Part shown: piece by piece, positions 1 to 13,601 of the stretch
Position numbering within the stretch: position 1 is the first letter of the stretch
Layout of the letters: the number at the start of each line of letters is the position of its first letter
Source: the human T2T-CHM13v2.0 reference genome, Homo sapiens
NCBI RefSeq assembly: GCF_009914755.1
Contig: NC_060925.1
Direction: 5' to 3' (one strand)
Length of the DNA: 64,000 nt
Notes under the pieces: model-generated
What the model was told of the DNA's origin: nothing
The model's database searches: none
The model's input: only the letters and a program-made list of their open reading frames with translations
Translations under genes and position numbers: made by a program

Positions 1-165
<165 letters not shown>

Positions 166-1024
166 TTAGTTCTCATAGAGATGGGACATTTTTCTGGAAA
201 ATGAACTTTTCTTAGCTCCAAAGTTCCCACTTAATTCTGCCTAGGAAGATTTGGTTTCTTTGGTTTAGAAGTACATCCCGTTTTGGGGTAATTACTCACT
301 CCATCCAAGCTTTAAACTTAAAGTTCAGATTCTCTATCAGTTCTGTTGTGTATTGCCTGTCTCCTAGGACGGCATCTGTGTACAGCAGGGTTCACGTCCT
401 GGTGCTGTCCTCTGGGTCCTACCAGCTTTGATCTGCATAAACTCTTGATCTTTGTAAGGTGATCTCTAGTCCTTCCGCACCTGCTGCAGATCTCCTTGGT
501 CCCACCTAGTCTTCCAGAGGGGACAGTGCGCCTATTGCTGATATCATTTTTTCTCTGTCAGGTGTGGGACCACAAAGCCTGCACACTCTGCAGCATTCTC
601 TTGCCGGCCTCAGGCCTCTTCCAATCCACCAATACCCTCTACATTCCTTCGACCCTCACTAGACTTGCGGAAACACCTGCCTCTCTCCTCATTCAGGCAG
701 GCCAGAGAGGTACTATTTTGAGCTTTTTTTCTCTGCAGCCTACCAACTACCAATTCTAAGTCACTGTCCCAACCTGTCATAAGTATGGGGAAGCTTTTGA
801 GATGGTTTCCTTCCGATAGTTCCAAACAAAAAATAAAAAACAAGCCCTATCAATTCTTTAATCTATCATCTGCTGCCCCATCCCTCATACACACACCTAC
901 ACATATACACAAGGGCCAGGGTGGCTGAGGCACTGGGTCCCTACTCAGTCTACCATCTGCTCCTTAGCTTCAAATAGCTCCTGCATCCTTGTGCAGGTCA
1001 GAAAAAGTTTCCATGCCTTCCTTT

Positions 1025-1703
1025 TGTCAGAGGTGTTTGAACCAGAGCGACTCCATCTTGAATAGGGGCTGGGTAAAATAAGGCTGAGACCTACTGGGCT
1101 GCATTCTAAGTCACAAGATGAGGGACAAGGTCAACACAAGAGTGTGTTCCCCTCACTTATGACAGGTTGGGACAGTGACCTAGAATTGGCAACAGGGTAG
1201 GTAAAACAGCATGTGGTAAAGAAGTCAGCGAAAACCTACCAAGATGATGAACGTGACCTCTGGTCGTCTTCACTGCTCTGGTCGTCTTCACTTCGTGACC
1301 TCTGGTGGTCTTCACTGCTCATTATGTGCTAATTATATTGCATTAGCATGCTAAAAAACACTCCCACCAGAGCCATGACAGCTTGCCAATGCCATGGTCA
1401 ACGTCAGGAAGTTACCCTATATGGTCTAAGAAAGGGAGAACTCTTGGTTCCGGAAATTGCCCACCCCTTTCCCAGAAAACTCATGAAAAATCCACCTGTT
1501 GTTTAGCATATAATCAGGAAATAACCATAAAATAGACAACCGGCAGTCCTGAGGGCCTGTGGAGTAGCCATTCCTTATTCCTTCACTTTATTAATAAATA
1601 AACTTGCTTTCACTTTACTCTATGGACTCACCTCAAATTCTTTCTTGTGTGGGATCCAAGAACCCTCTCTTGAGGTCCTGATTGAGACCCCTTTCCGGTA
1701 ACA
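1025..1703 (+). mobile_element. MER41 (MER41B-like) ERV1 solo LTR with internal rearrangements
   Basis: Starts TGTCAGAGGTGTTTGAACCAGAGCGACTCCATCTTGAATAGGGGCTGGG and ends CCCCTTTCCGGTAACA; contains AATAAA; imperfect 4-bp TSD cttt/tttt. Confidence 0.9.
1448..1477. promoter_or_regulatory. Tandem GAS/STAT-type motifs of MER41
   Basis: TTCCGGAAA at 1448-1456 (one base off the GAS consensus) and a perfect TTCCCAGAA at 1469-1477; activity not shown. Confidence 0.5.
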
Positions 1704-2655
1704 TTTTGAGCCAGGGAAATGTTCGAACATGATATCTTCATCTTTCCTACCTATGTTTAGTTTATAAACCTAGATTCCAGGAAGTTTTGGCTCACTGGGA
1801 CTTGAAAATCTCTTTTTCTCTCAAAAAAGTCTAGCTCTAGCTTTTTGCAACTATTGTCTCTGAAAAGGGCTTCAAGAGTGCTTTGAATGCCAAAAGGGGG
1901 CCATTTAATTCCCTTGCTCTTGTTTAGATTTTATCTTCTTTTAAAGCAAGGAGCATAACTCAGCCTTAATGTCTGGACAGCCTCAGGGCAGCAAAAATGC
2001 TAGGAATAGCAAATGCCCTAAGGTTGTACTTCAGAATAGCAGCTCTCAGACTGGACCTTCCCCACCCATGGCCAGCTGACCCCTACCTTTTGTTCCCATA
2101 CCCTTGTCTCCCCATCTAGGGCTCCTTCGCCACAGGAGGACCCCTTCATGAAGTGGGGAGGTGGCTGATGGTGTCAAGATGCCCAATCCAGTACTCGGCA
2201 GCACTTCCTCCATCAGAAGAGGGGAAGGGGTATTATACAGCCAACATCATAGCTTTTATCTAGGTCAAAAAATGCATGTGCCTTCCATATGTTAAGGCAA
2301 CATTCAAACGTATTGGATAGAAATACCAAAGTTTAACTGGCTGAACCAACAGAAAGACAAAAGAGCTGCTTAGGAGAATATTTGAGAAACAGAGAATGAT
2401 ATGTTCAGTTGAGAAAGGAATGTCTAAATAAGATTGCTAAGTTAGATACAGGAGCAGTTCCCTTTCTACAATAATGCCTCGGCATAACTTCTCTAACAGG
2501 TTATTAACATTTATCTTTTCTGAATCACACTGACTGGAAGCAGTTAAGTGCCTCTATCAGCTGTGAATATTAAGCAAATATGTGGTGACAAAATACAATA
2601 AAATGCTACAGGCCTGTCTGATGATGGCTAGTTTACAAAAACAGAGCTCTGTTTT

Positions 2656-2731
2656 TGTTTGTTTGTTTTTTATTTTTTGAGCCGGAGTCTTGCTTTGTCG
2701 CCAGGCTGGAGTGCAGTGGCGTGATCTTGGC
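2656..2731 (-). mobile_element. Severely 5'-truncated Alu (last ~50 bp plus tail)
   Basis: gagccggagtcttgctttgtcgccaggctggagtgcagtggcgtgatcttgg; TSD cagagctctgtttt / cagagccctgtttt. Confidence 0.9.
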
Positions 2732-2798
2732 AGAGCCCTGTTTTACTGAAACATTAGCATGGTATAAAAACCGAAGCAATGCAAATTTTATAAGTTTA

Positions 2799-2903
2799 GT
2801 ACACATGTATGTATATATATCCATGTATACCTATATATATAAAATGGTATATATATCCATGTGTATATACATACATGTGTACACACACACACACACACAC
2901 ACA
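2799..2903. repeat. Compound (TA)n/(TG)n/(CA)n microsatellite
   Basis: Directly visible. Confidence 0.9.
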
Positions 2904-3299
2904 CTTCTTTCCTTTCTCACATATGTAGAAGGTAAATCTCCAAAGTATAGTGGAAGTTACTGTTGAGGAGAAAGAGAAGCAAGTTGCAAGGAGACTGGTG
3001 TCATTTACCCCTTTTAACCTGCACATCTCAAAAGGTATCCTTTGATTGGTTCATTTCCAGGTGACTCTGCGTGAATGCATACTGATTTTATAATCCAGCT
3101 CTCCTTTCTCCTCTGGGAAATGCACCTTCTTCTGTTCCAAGCGTATTGATTTAGTGGGAGCAGCTTTGTCATTAGAGAATACACCTGGGCAAAGGGAAGA
3201 AGACGGAAGAGGACTGGTGACCGTCACCAACTCAAGAGTCTTGCTTTAAGGATTTCCCAACTGAAGCCAGAGGGAAAAAAAAAACAGCGTCTCTCTGGG

Positions 3300-3495
3300 G
3301 CTAAACCTAGGAATCCCAGTTTCACCACTTTTATCTGTGTGACCTTGGGCAACTTATTTTGACTCTCTGTCTCTTAGTTTCCTTCTGTAAAATAGGGATA
3401 ATAGTAGCACTTAACCTGATAAAGTGGTGAAATTTTAGTGAATACATCTAAAAAATTTAGAACAATACTGGGCACACAATAAACTTTCAGTACAT
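3300..3495 (+). mobile_element. MIR SINE
   Basis: MIR core tgtgtgaccttgggcaac...tagtttccttctgtaaaatagggataatagta; boundaries approximate. Confidence 0.8.
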
Positions 3496-4529
3496 TTTGT
3501 GAGAAATGGTAGCTGCCATTTCCCATCCCTGTTCGCTGCCCATTGGAGAAAGATAATCAGAGCTAAGAAAAACTACAGTGGAGAAAGTAAGAGGCCAGAG
3601 ACAGACAAAAACAGATAGCAATGCCTTACTACCACCCTGTATCCCTGGGTTAGCTGCTCCCTGAGGCAAGCCTCATCCCTGACTTTCCTGGGGCTATGTT
3701 AGGTACCCCACAAATTTCTGCTTTTGTTCCAGTTTTGTACTTTTCATTCTTTTAACTACTTACAAGTTGTACCTCTCTTAAATATGCTTTAGTATTTAAA
3801 GTGGGTATCCCTCAGACACCATATAGTTGGGTCTTGCTTTTTGGGAACATGGTAACAATGATGATGATTAATAGCTCTTTTACATTAAATTGTTATAAGA
3901 GCTTACACTTTTACTTCTTCACTTGAGGAGAGGACTGAAGCATAGGCAATTGATTGGTATGCTGAATAACTTGTATGTAGCTCAGTGAAGCTAAGACAAG
4001 ATCCTCAGGGCTAGAAATGCCCCAGTTGCTCTTTTGTCTTTCCCAACCACATAGTTGTTATAAAAGATAAGGTGCCAGGACCTTATAAAGCAAAAGTTAA
4101 TAGGTAAAAACCAATGGTAAAGATTTCAAAGGAGGTTACTGCCGTTAGGAAAAAAGTTACCAATCGCTTTTGTTTCCAACCTTAGGAAAGAAATCTTCAC
4201 CACTGGCTTCTACTTCTTTCTTAACTTTTGCTTTTTCTAGACCCAGCATATTTGTAAAGCAAAGATCAAGCCACATCCAGAACCTCTAAAGAGTTTTTGG
4301 TGCTGCTTATGTTTCGCTGTACTCATCACTGTCCTTTCCTTCCTTATCTCAGATATGCCCACCAGGATTCCACCAAAGGAGAAGTACAAATAGCTTTCCA
4401 GGCCTCCTCAGGGGAGTTCGCTATAGTTGGCATTGCACTTGATCTGGATATTAAAACCATTCAAAGAAGATACAGATATTTTGAATTTCAGCCCTTGCTC
4501 TGTAACACTTTTGTGAGAATGACTATTTT

Positions 4530-4775
4530 TCTTTCATTTATTTTTCCCATGAACAGTAATTGCACATATGCTATATACCAAGCACATTCTGGGCATCAGG
4601 GTACAGCAGTGAGTAAGACAGATAGGGTGCTTGCACTTATGGACAACCTTCTTGTACTACCTATGCAAATGTTTAATTACAGTTCACTCAAATGTGTACT
4701 GAGTGTCTACACAGGCGCTGGTTTAAGTGCTAGGGACACAGTTGTGAACAAAATAGACCCCTCTGCTCAGTAAGT
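4530..4775 (-). mobile_element. Two adjacent L2 3'-end fragments
   Basis: ccaagcacattctgggcatcagggtacagcagtgagtaagacag and tgagtgtctac...aagtgctagggacacagttgtgaacaaaatagac. Confidence 0.65.
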
Positions 4776-5336
4776 GATACTTTTAAGTGAAGAAAACCTC
4801 ATGAAAAAGGCAGCATTTCTTTCCCTGCTAAAGTCCCTGAATATTTTCGCCACCTCATCTCGTCTGAATCCTTGTATGATAGCCGGAAAAATAGAAATAA
4901 AATAATTCCCTTTTAGGGTTTACGCTGTCACCAAAGGTTTCAATAGAGGGGAAAATTCAGAGAATGCTTAGTCCAATTCCTTTGTATTATATTTGTAGAC
5001 ACAGAGATCCAAAAAGGTTGGAAGTCGCCCAAAATCTCTACCTTATAACACAGCCAACACTAGAATCCAGATTTCCAGATTGCCAGCCCCGTATGCATTC
5101 TCCTAGGTCCAACTACTCACGTGAGAATAGCTGCTAAGGCCATATTTACCATAAATGCTGAGCGAATGAGCTTTAAAATAAGAATGGACATGATAATTCA
5201 TAGGAAAAAATGTTTTGAATAGAAATTAAATATAAGAAAATTAGCCAGGAAGTTTGTATCAGAAACACGGTTATTCACAGCAAATGTTAATGATCAAAAC
5301 TTAAAACTGGAAAATCATCATGGTTTGACTGTTTCT

Positions 5337-5755
5337 TGTAGAGACAAAAGGTAGCCAAGAGTCCCTGGCGAAACCCCGCCTCCAAGTCTAAAACAGCCGG
5401 AAGGCGGAAAAACCGTACTGTGGGTCCCGGATGACTCCCGCCCCTTCCCGTCTGATTCTGAATAATGCCCACCCACGGGCTGGGAGGATGGGGTGGAGCC
5501 TAGGGAAGTTAGCATCGTTTGCCCAGGGGAGGAGCCTGGCCTCTCACATTCCTGCGTGGTGACCTGGGATTCAATCTGTGAGGCGGGAAACCTGCTAACA
5601 TGACTCTTTCTCGCTTTGCTGAGAATTTTTTTTCCTTTTTTTTTGAACAGTACATTCCATTTTCCTCACCCTTCTGTGTGTCCACGAGCCTAACCTTTCC
5701 TGGTCGTGTGACAAGAGCCTGGTTTTAGCCGAACTAAGAAGAAACTTTTGCAACA
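5337..5755 (+). mobile_element. ERV1 (MER4-group; MER50/MER73/MER87-like, subfamily uncertain) solo LTR
   Basis: TG...CA termini; 3' end ggtcgtgtgacaagagcctggttttagccgaactaagaagaaacttttgcaaca is typical of this group; flanks tttct/tttcc. Confidence 0.7.
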
Positions 5756-6364
5756 TTTCCTGAGCGATTGATACTTGGTTGTGAGAAGGATGTTTGGGGA
5801 TTCTTTGATTCTAGAATTAAGTCATTACCAATAAGCGATCATGCCTAGTATTAAAGCTTTGTAAAGCTATGTTCTTGGGTTTGAGAGAGGTTATTATTTG
5901 TTTATTTGCTTATTTTAAAAATTACTTTAGGAGATGGACATGTCACGGAATGCGGAGTTAGTAGACAAACACCTGAAGCTTCCTTAGAGTCACCTAGAAT
6001 GACAACATTTGCTATCCAGGGTCCAGAATTGTAAGGCCTAACTCAAAACTTGTATAGGAAAGGAAAAGGCTGAAGGAAGATGGATGCTCAGATGTGCGTT
6101 TTAGGCTTCAACTCAGTTTCGGGGACACTGGGGAAACCATTCCAAGCAGAGAGCTGCCCCTCTTGGAAAATGGATGGTAAGTGGGGCGAATCTGAGGGAT
6201 TGTGGAGCTGAACTGCAGACTGACAAGTGAGCATCCATGCCATGGCCTGTGGTAGAAGCAGCACATGCAGTTGTCCCGAGGACACTACCCTCTTCACTAC
6301 ACCAGAATATCTGTGCCCTTCAAGGGCGTGGCATCCTGCTTTCTCAAGCCATAGAATGCACTTA

Positions 6365-6685
<321 letters not shown>

Positions 6686-7599
6686 TGCATTTATGCTTCA
6701 AGGGAGATGATATGGCAGAAGCATCAGCCATTCATAATTTAATTGTTACATAACTTTTAAGTACTTCATTGGGATAAAATAAAATACACCCATTTAAGCA
6801 TACTACTTAGTGAATTTTGACACACATGTATACCTGTGGAATCACCACCCATAGAGATGTTAAAACATTTCCACTACCCCAGAAAGTTTCCTCACCTGTT
6901 CTTTTGGTCAGTCCTCTCATTAGAGTCAATTACTATTCTGTTTCCTAATAATATAGCTTAGTTTTGCCTGATCTAGAACTTTCAAAAAATTGAATCAAAC
7001 GTTACACACTTCTTTGGGGGCCTGGTTTCTTTCACATAACATAATGCTTTTTACGATGCATTCATGTTGTGTTGATAGTTTATTGCTTTTTTATTGCTGA
7101 GTAGGATTCCAAATGAAAGCCATTCACTTGCCCTTTTAGTAGTTTCTAAATTTTTGGCTATTATGAATAAAGCTGCTATGAACCTTCTTTCTGTTTCACA
7201 AGGCTTTTCAGAGTCATGTCTTTTCACTTTTTAATTTTTGAAGAAATATGTAAGAGTGGAATTGCTAAGGCAGAGAATAGATATATGTTTGACTTTCTTG
7301 GGTAAATTGTCAACATTTCCAAAGTGGTTGGGTTAATTTACACTCCCACTAGCAATGTATGAGAATTCCATGTGCTCTGTATCCTACTAACATTTGAGGT
7401 AGTCAGATTTTTGTTTCTGTTTCTTTTACCATTATACTGGTGGATAGTGGTATCTCATGGGGGTTTTACCAAGCATCCTCATAATAACTAGTAACTCTGA
7501 GCATCTTTTCATGTGCTTACAAACATTTCATATTGTTTTTTGTAACGTGTTCATTTTAAGTTCTTTGCTCAATTGACATTGGGTTGCTTGCCTTTTAAA

Positions 7600-8001
<402 letters not shown>

Positions 8002-9252
8002 TAAATATTGATTTATAGGAGTTCTCTATACATTTTGGATATATATTCTGGATATATTCCTGAACATATGTCAGATACATGTATTGCAAGAATTTCACTC
8101 TGTGTCTCACCTTTTATTTTCTTAATGGTGTCAAAAAAGATATTTTTGATTTGATGAACTGCAATTGACTAATAATTTTTATTTTACAGTTAGTGCTTTT
8201 GATGGCCCACCTAAGAAATTTTTGCCTACTCAAAGCTGCATAGATAGTCTCTGCTTTCATCTATAAGTTTTCCAGCTTCATGTTTAAGCTTATGATCCAT
8301 CCCCAAGTAATTTTTGTTCATAGTCTAAAATAGAGATCATGGATCACATTTTCCTATATGTTTATTTGATTATTGTAGCTTTGTTTGTTGAAAAGACTTT
8401 TGTTTTTGAATTGCCTTGGTGCCTTCTTTTGTTGAAAATTAATTGAATATGTGAGTCTATTTCTGGACTCTTCCAGTAGCATTAATCTACTTGTCTGTCT
8501 TATATCAGTATCAAACTATCTTAAATACTGTAGTATTATAATTAGTGCTTAAATCAATTGGAGTAAGTTCTACTGAGTTCTTTTTCAAGATTCTTTTGGC
8601 TAATTTAGAACCTTAGCATTTTCATATACATTTTAGAATGAACTTAATAGCTACCAAAAAAAGCTACTGGGAATAAGGTAGTGATTGTATTGAACCAGTA
8701 GCTTTGGGGAAAATTGACATACTAAAAATACTGCCTTTCAATCCATGATGTTATATATGTCCTTTTACTTAGAGCTTTTTAAAATTTCTCTCTACACTTT
8801 TTGCATGCATTTTGTACTTTTTAGCATACAGGTCTTGCTTGTCTTTTGTTAATTTTATTCTTAAGCATTTAATTTTTAAATAATTTTATAAAAGGTACCA
8901 CTTTTAAATCTTAATCTCTAATTGTGCCTATTATGTAGAGTGCAATAAATTTTTTTATCTTGACCTTGTATCATGCAATCATGTTAAATTCACTTAATTC
9001 TAGTGGTTGCTATGTAGATTTCTTAGCATTACTTATGCACATGACCATGTCATCTATGAATAAAGTTTATTTCTATTTTCTAATCTTAATGCCTTTTATT
9101 TATTTTCCTTCTCTTTTACTGATTAGGATCCCATTCCACTCATGAATAGAAGTTATGGAATTGGATATACTTATCCAAAGATTGTTCCTGGTCTTTGGGC
9201 AAAGCATTCAATAGTTCACCATTTTGTATGATGTAGGTTTTCATAGAGGTTC

Positions 9253-9547
9253 TTTTTTTTTTTTTTTTTTTTTGAGACAAGGTCTCCCGTGTCACCCAGA
9301 CTGGAGTACAGTGGCATGATTGTGGCTCACTGCAGTCTCAAACTTCTGTACTCAAGCAAACCTTCTGCATCAGCCTCCCGAGTAGCTAGGACAATAGATG
9401 CGCGCCACCATGGCTGGCTAATTTCTTTTGTAGAGACAGGTCTCGCCGTGTTTCCCAGGCTGGTCTCAAACTCTTAGCCTCAAGTGATTCTCCCAGCTCA
9501 GCCTCCCAAAGTGCTGGGATTACAGGTGTGAACCATTGCACCAAGCC
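9253..9547 (-). mobile_element. AluJ
   Basis: polyT then gagacaaggtctc...gctcactgcagtctcaaac (AluJ-type right arm). Confidence 0.92.
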
Positions 9548-10788
9548 TCAAATTATTTTCTAATTTGTCTTGTGATTTCTTCTTTGACCTATATCAGTTA
9601 TTTAAAAAATGTGTTGCTAAATTTCTAAATATTCTTCAATTTTCTAGATATCTTATTATAATTTAATACCATTGTGATCACAGAGCATACTCTGTATTAT
9701 TTTGATCCTTTGAAATGTATTTCATGATCCAGCATGTAATCTATCTTGGAGAATGTTTCAAGTGAATTTAAAAAGGATGTTTACTCTCCGGTTGTTGGGT
9801 GCAATGTTCTATAAATTTCAATCAGATCAGGTCGATTATTAGCGCTGCTAAAATCTTTTATATCCCTATTGGTTTTTCTAGGTAAGTGCTCTATCAATTA
9901 CTGAGATAGGTGGGGTTTTAAAATATCCCATCATAATTGTGTGATTGTTCTTTTCTCCCTTCAGTTCTGCTGATTTCTGCTTTGTGGCACACTTACTAGA
10001 TGCACAGGCATGTAGGATTTTTGTCATCTTCTTAATGAATTCAACCTTTCATTATTACTAAAGACCCCTCATTGTTTTAAAGTCTATAATGTTAGGTATT
10101 AATATAGACACAGCAGCTTTCTTTTGCATAGTGTTTTAAATTTTTAAAAATTTTCCTGGTGATTTCTTCTTTGACCCATGAGCTTCTTTTGAAGACTGTT
10201 GCTTCCTTTCAAATGTCCTTATTATTGATTTCAAGTATAATTATGTTGTAATCGAAGAATATATGTGTTATATGAATTCAGTCCTCTGAAATTTACTGGG
10301 ACTTATTTCATTGCCCAACATAGGGTCTATCCAAGAGATAGACTGGAAAAGACCCTGATCTTGTTGTATGGGCATGGTTTTAAGCTTTGTTAGAATAGGT
10401 CTTTATTTTTCCTTTAATGCTGGGGATAGGGCAAATCTTTTAGTCATGACATGACAGCTTTTCTCGTCTAAGGCATGTCTTTTCTGACGTCTAATAAAAA
10501 GCAAGATGCGTTTCCCAAGCCTTTATAACTAAACTGGACACAAACTGAAACTTGGTTTCCAGAAACTACTATTCAGCAACTCAGCCTTTCAGAGTGAATT
10601 CTTTGATTTATTCCACAGACATGTAGTTCAGCTGTCAGTCAAGGACTAGGGGCTCCCCTTCCCTTAGTTTTTTTTCTATTCTAGGATTTTCTTCCTCTGT
10701 TTTCATTTTCCGACTCCTTAGGCCAATGCAAGTGGACTTTTCTACTTGAGTTCTGTTTGTTACAGACTGTACAGACCCAGAAGTGCAC

Positions 10789-11139
10789 TGATATGGTTTG
10801 GCTGTGTCCCCACCTAAATCTCATCTTGAATTGTAGCTTCCACAATTCCCACCTGTCATGGGAGGGACCAGGTGGGAGGTAATTGAGTCATGTGGGCGGG
10901 TCTTTCTTGTGCCGTTCTCATGATGGTGAATAAGTCTCACGAGATCTGATGGTTTTATAAAGGGGAGTTTCTCTGCACGATTCTGTTATTGTCTCTTGTC
11001 TGCTGCCATGTAAGATGCGTCTTTCACCTTGCGCCATGATTGTGAGGTCTCCCCAGACATGTGGAAATGTGAGTCCATTAAACCTATTTTTCTTTATAAA
11101 TTACACAGTCTCGGGTATATTTATCAGTGTACTAATACG
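10789..11139 (+). mobile_element. THE1 (THE1C/D-like) MaLR solo LTR
   Basis: tgatatggtttggctgtgtccccacc...actaatacg; perfect 5-bp TSD tgcac. Confidence 0.93.
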
Positions 11140-11384
11140 TGCACTTAGGGAAAAAGCTAAATAAATGCGCATAGCAAAAATGTAGTTACCTTCTTCGATC
11201 ACATCCTCTCTGTTGTCAGCTTGCTTTTGTCTATTAGTGTGTTCAAGCAGTTTTCAGTATTTTATCCCAGTGTTTATAATTGTTGTTTATAGAAGGGTAG
11301 TCAGATACAAGTTATTCCACTATTACTGGAAGTTGGAACCTGTGATTTAATTTAAAAGGCAGATCAGGGGTAGATTCTGCATTT

Positions 11385-11600
11385 GCAATCTTGACTTAGA
11401 CCATCTGGGTTTGCATCCTGGTCCTGTCACATTTAGTTATGGGATCTTGGCCAATCTTTCTGTGTTCTAATATTTTCATCTGTAAAATGAAGGTGATAAT
11501 AGTTCCTAAGCTACAAGGTTTTTGTGAGAATAAAATAAAATTTTACATGTAAAGCTTTTAGTATAGCACCTGGCTCTGATGTTTCATAAATATCAGTCAG
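11385..11600 (+). mobile_element. MIR
   Basis: ctgggtttgcatcctgg...tcatctgtaaaatgaagg...tgtgagaataaaa...catgtaaagc. Confidence 0.75.
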
Positions 11601-12673
11601 TGTCTACTGGGGACCCCTTGTTTTTCTACTGTGAACAGAAAGCACTGTATCTTTAGCTACTTCTCTGACCGAATTCCAGAATGTGATTCTGGTTAATTAG
11701 GGTTATATTGAATTACATAACGTTTGCTAGTTCCTAATCCACTATACTGCCCTTGAGATAAATGGTATTGTATAAATGCTTGTGATGCCAGAAGTGCTCT
11801 TATTCATGGTGTAGATAGTTCAATGAATTCTTCCATAAATCTTTTCCTCCTGAAAACTTACAATTTACTTTCTAATGGAAGGTATATTCAATGTGCTTGT
11901 CTCTTCAAAATGCATATTAAAAAACCTTCAAAGCTGACAGTTTGTAAACAACATACTAGAGATAAAGGAATCGTGCTTTTGCTGCCTCATATACTTTTTA
12001 AAATAGAACCAAGGTAATGTTTTTGAACTCTATTATCTCACTGCTAAATTGAAGATTTTAATTTTTTATCTTCAAACAAGCACTTTTGTTTTGGACTAAA
12101 CTTGAAGTAGCAATAAATCACCACATTAGTAAAAGCAAGTTCCAAACTCAGTCAGAGAAGACAACAAAATACACTGATGTGGTAGGTTAGCATGTAAATT
12201 CTGTGAGCTGGCAATCAATATGAAATGTCTTGTGTAAGGTCTGAGATGCATAAAGGTCAATGCTGATAGGAGAGATTATTTGTCCTTTTACTTTTCCTGT
12301 TGGGGGAGGATGGAGAAGGAAAGCGAGGTAATTCAAAGCCCCTCCAATGTTAGCCATGACAAATGTGAGGCAGGCAGGACATCGTAAGTGTTACATGAAA
12401 GGTGGTAAGGAAAATGCCTGCAAAATTGAAAACTCACCTCTCTATGAGTTTGTGTGGTCACATGGATACAGCACCAGACTGGACATCAGGAAGGAGTCTC
12501 TTCACTACGGACTTCAGGATATTCAAATGGACCTACAGGGACCTCAGTGTTGATAACAGAAATCAATGGATGCAGAATAGCTTCTCACAGCATCTTTGTG
12601 AGAAAAAGTAAAACAGATGTAACGGATTCAGAAAAAATGCAAAGCACAGTGTAAAATAAGATAACATAATTGG

Positions 12674-12987
<314 letters not shown>

Positions 12988-13018
12988 TTACTTGTTTATA
13001 TAAAGCAGGAGTTTCCAT

Positions 13019-13133
13019 GGCCAGGCGTGGTGGCTCACACCTGTGGTCCTAGCACTTTAGGAGGCTGAGGCAGGAAGATAACTTGAGCTCAGCCTGGGCA
13101 ACATAGTGAGACCTCACCTCTAAAAGAAGAAAA
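13019..13133 (+). mobile_element. FLAM/Alu monomer with internal deletion
   Basis: ggccaggcgtggtggctcacacctgt...cttgagctcagcctgggcaacatagtgagacc followed by an A-tail. Confidence 0.85.
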
Positions 13134-13474
13134 GAGCAGTAGTTTTCAGTTTAGGAATTAGTCTTGTTTTTCTATCTTTCATCACAAACTGTGCATATTA
13201 AATGTCTTAATACCTGGAAAAATGTTAATTTGCCTGAGTCATATAAAAATTAACAACAGAATCATGTCTACCACTCAAATCTCTTATCAATGTCTAATCC
13301 AGGAAATATAATTTTTTTCACAATGTTCTGTCCTTCTAACGATATTATTATTATTATAATAGAAATTCCGGTCAGTCCCCTATTATTACTGCCTTAAATG
13401 TGTCACTCTCTTCATCAGGGGCTACTTTCCCAATGCCTGTATTTTTCCTCTGTGTCTTTCCTGCTCGTATGGAA

Positions 13475-13601
13475 TAGGGTTGCTGATACAATACAGAATA
13501 CTCAGTTGAATTTGAAATTCAGATAAACAATGAGTAAGTGTTTAGTGTAAGTAGATTCCGTGCAAAGTGTCATCCTGAGTTTTCTTAATCTAGCAACCCT
13601 A
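13475..13601. mobile_element. MER53 hAT-type MITE, internally deleted
   Basis: Terminal inverted repeats tagggttgc / gcaacccta; internal cagttgaatttgaaattcagataaacaa. Confidence 0.8.

Noticed and set aside
2193-2205. ctcggcagcac resembling the U6 snRNA 5' end
   Set aside because: Match is only about 10 bp and does not extend
4297-4773. 158-aa ORF, the longest outside L1
   Set aside because: Non-ATG start, the second half runs through L2 fragments, and no recognisable domain
6105-6176. Possible 72-nt exon (tttag|...ATG|GTAAGT) with an open frame
   Set aside because: Weak polypyrimidine tract, unrecognised peptide and no partner exons; not called as a feature
9560-10335. Two homologous L1 segments (~9560-9760 and ~10150-10335)
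   Set aside because: Too diverged to distinguish a local duplication from two independent old L1 fragments
12340-12660. Three overlapping short ORFs suggesting a processed pseudogene
   Set aside because: No recognisable protein similarity, poly(A) or TSD
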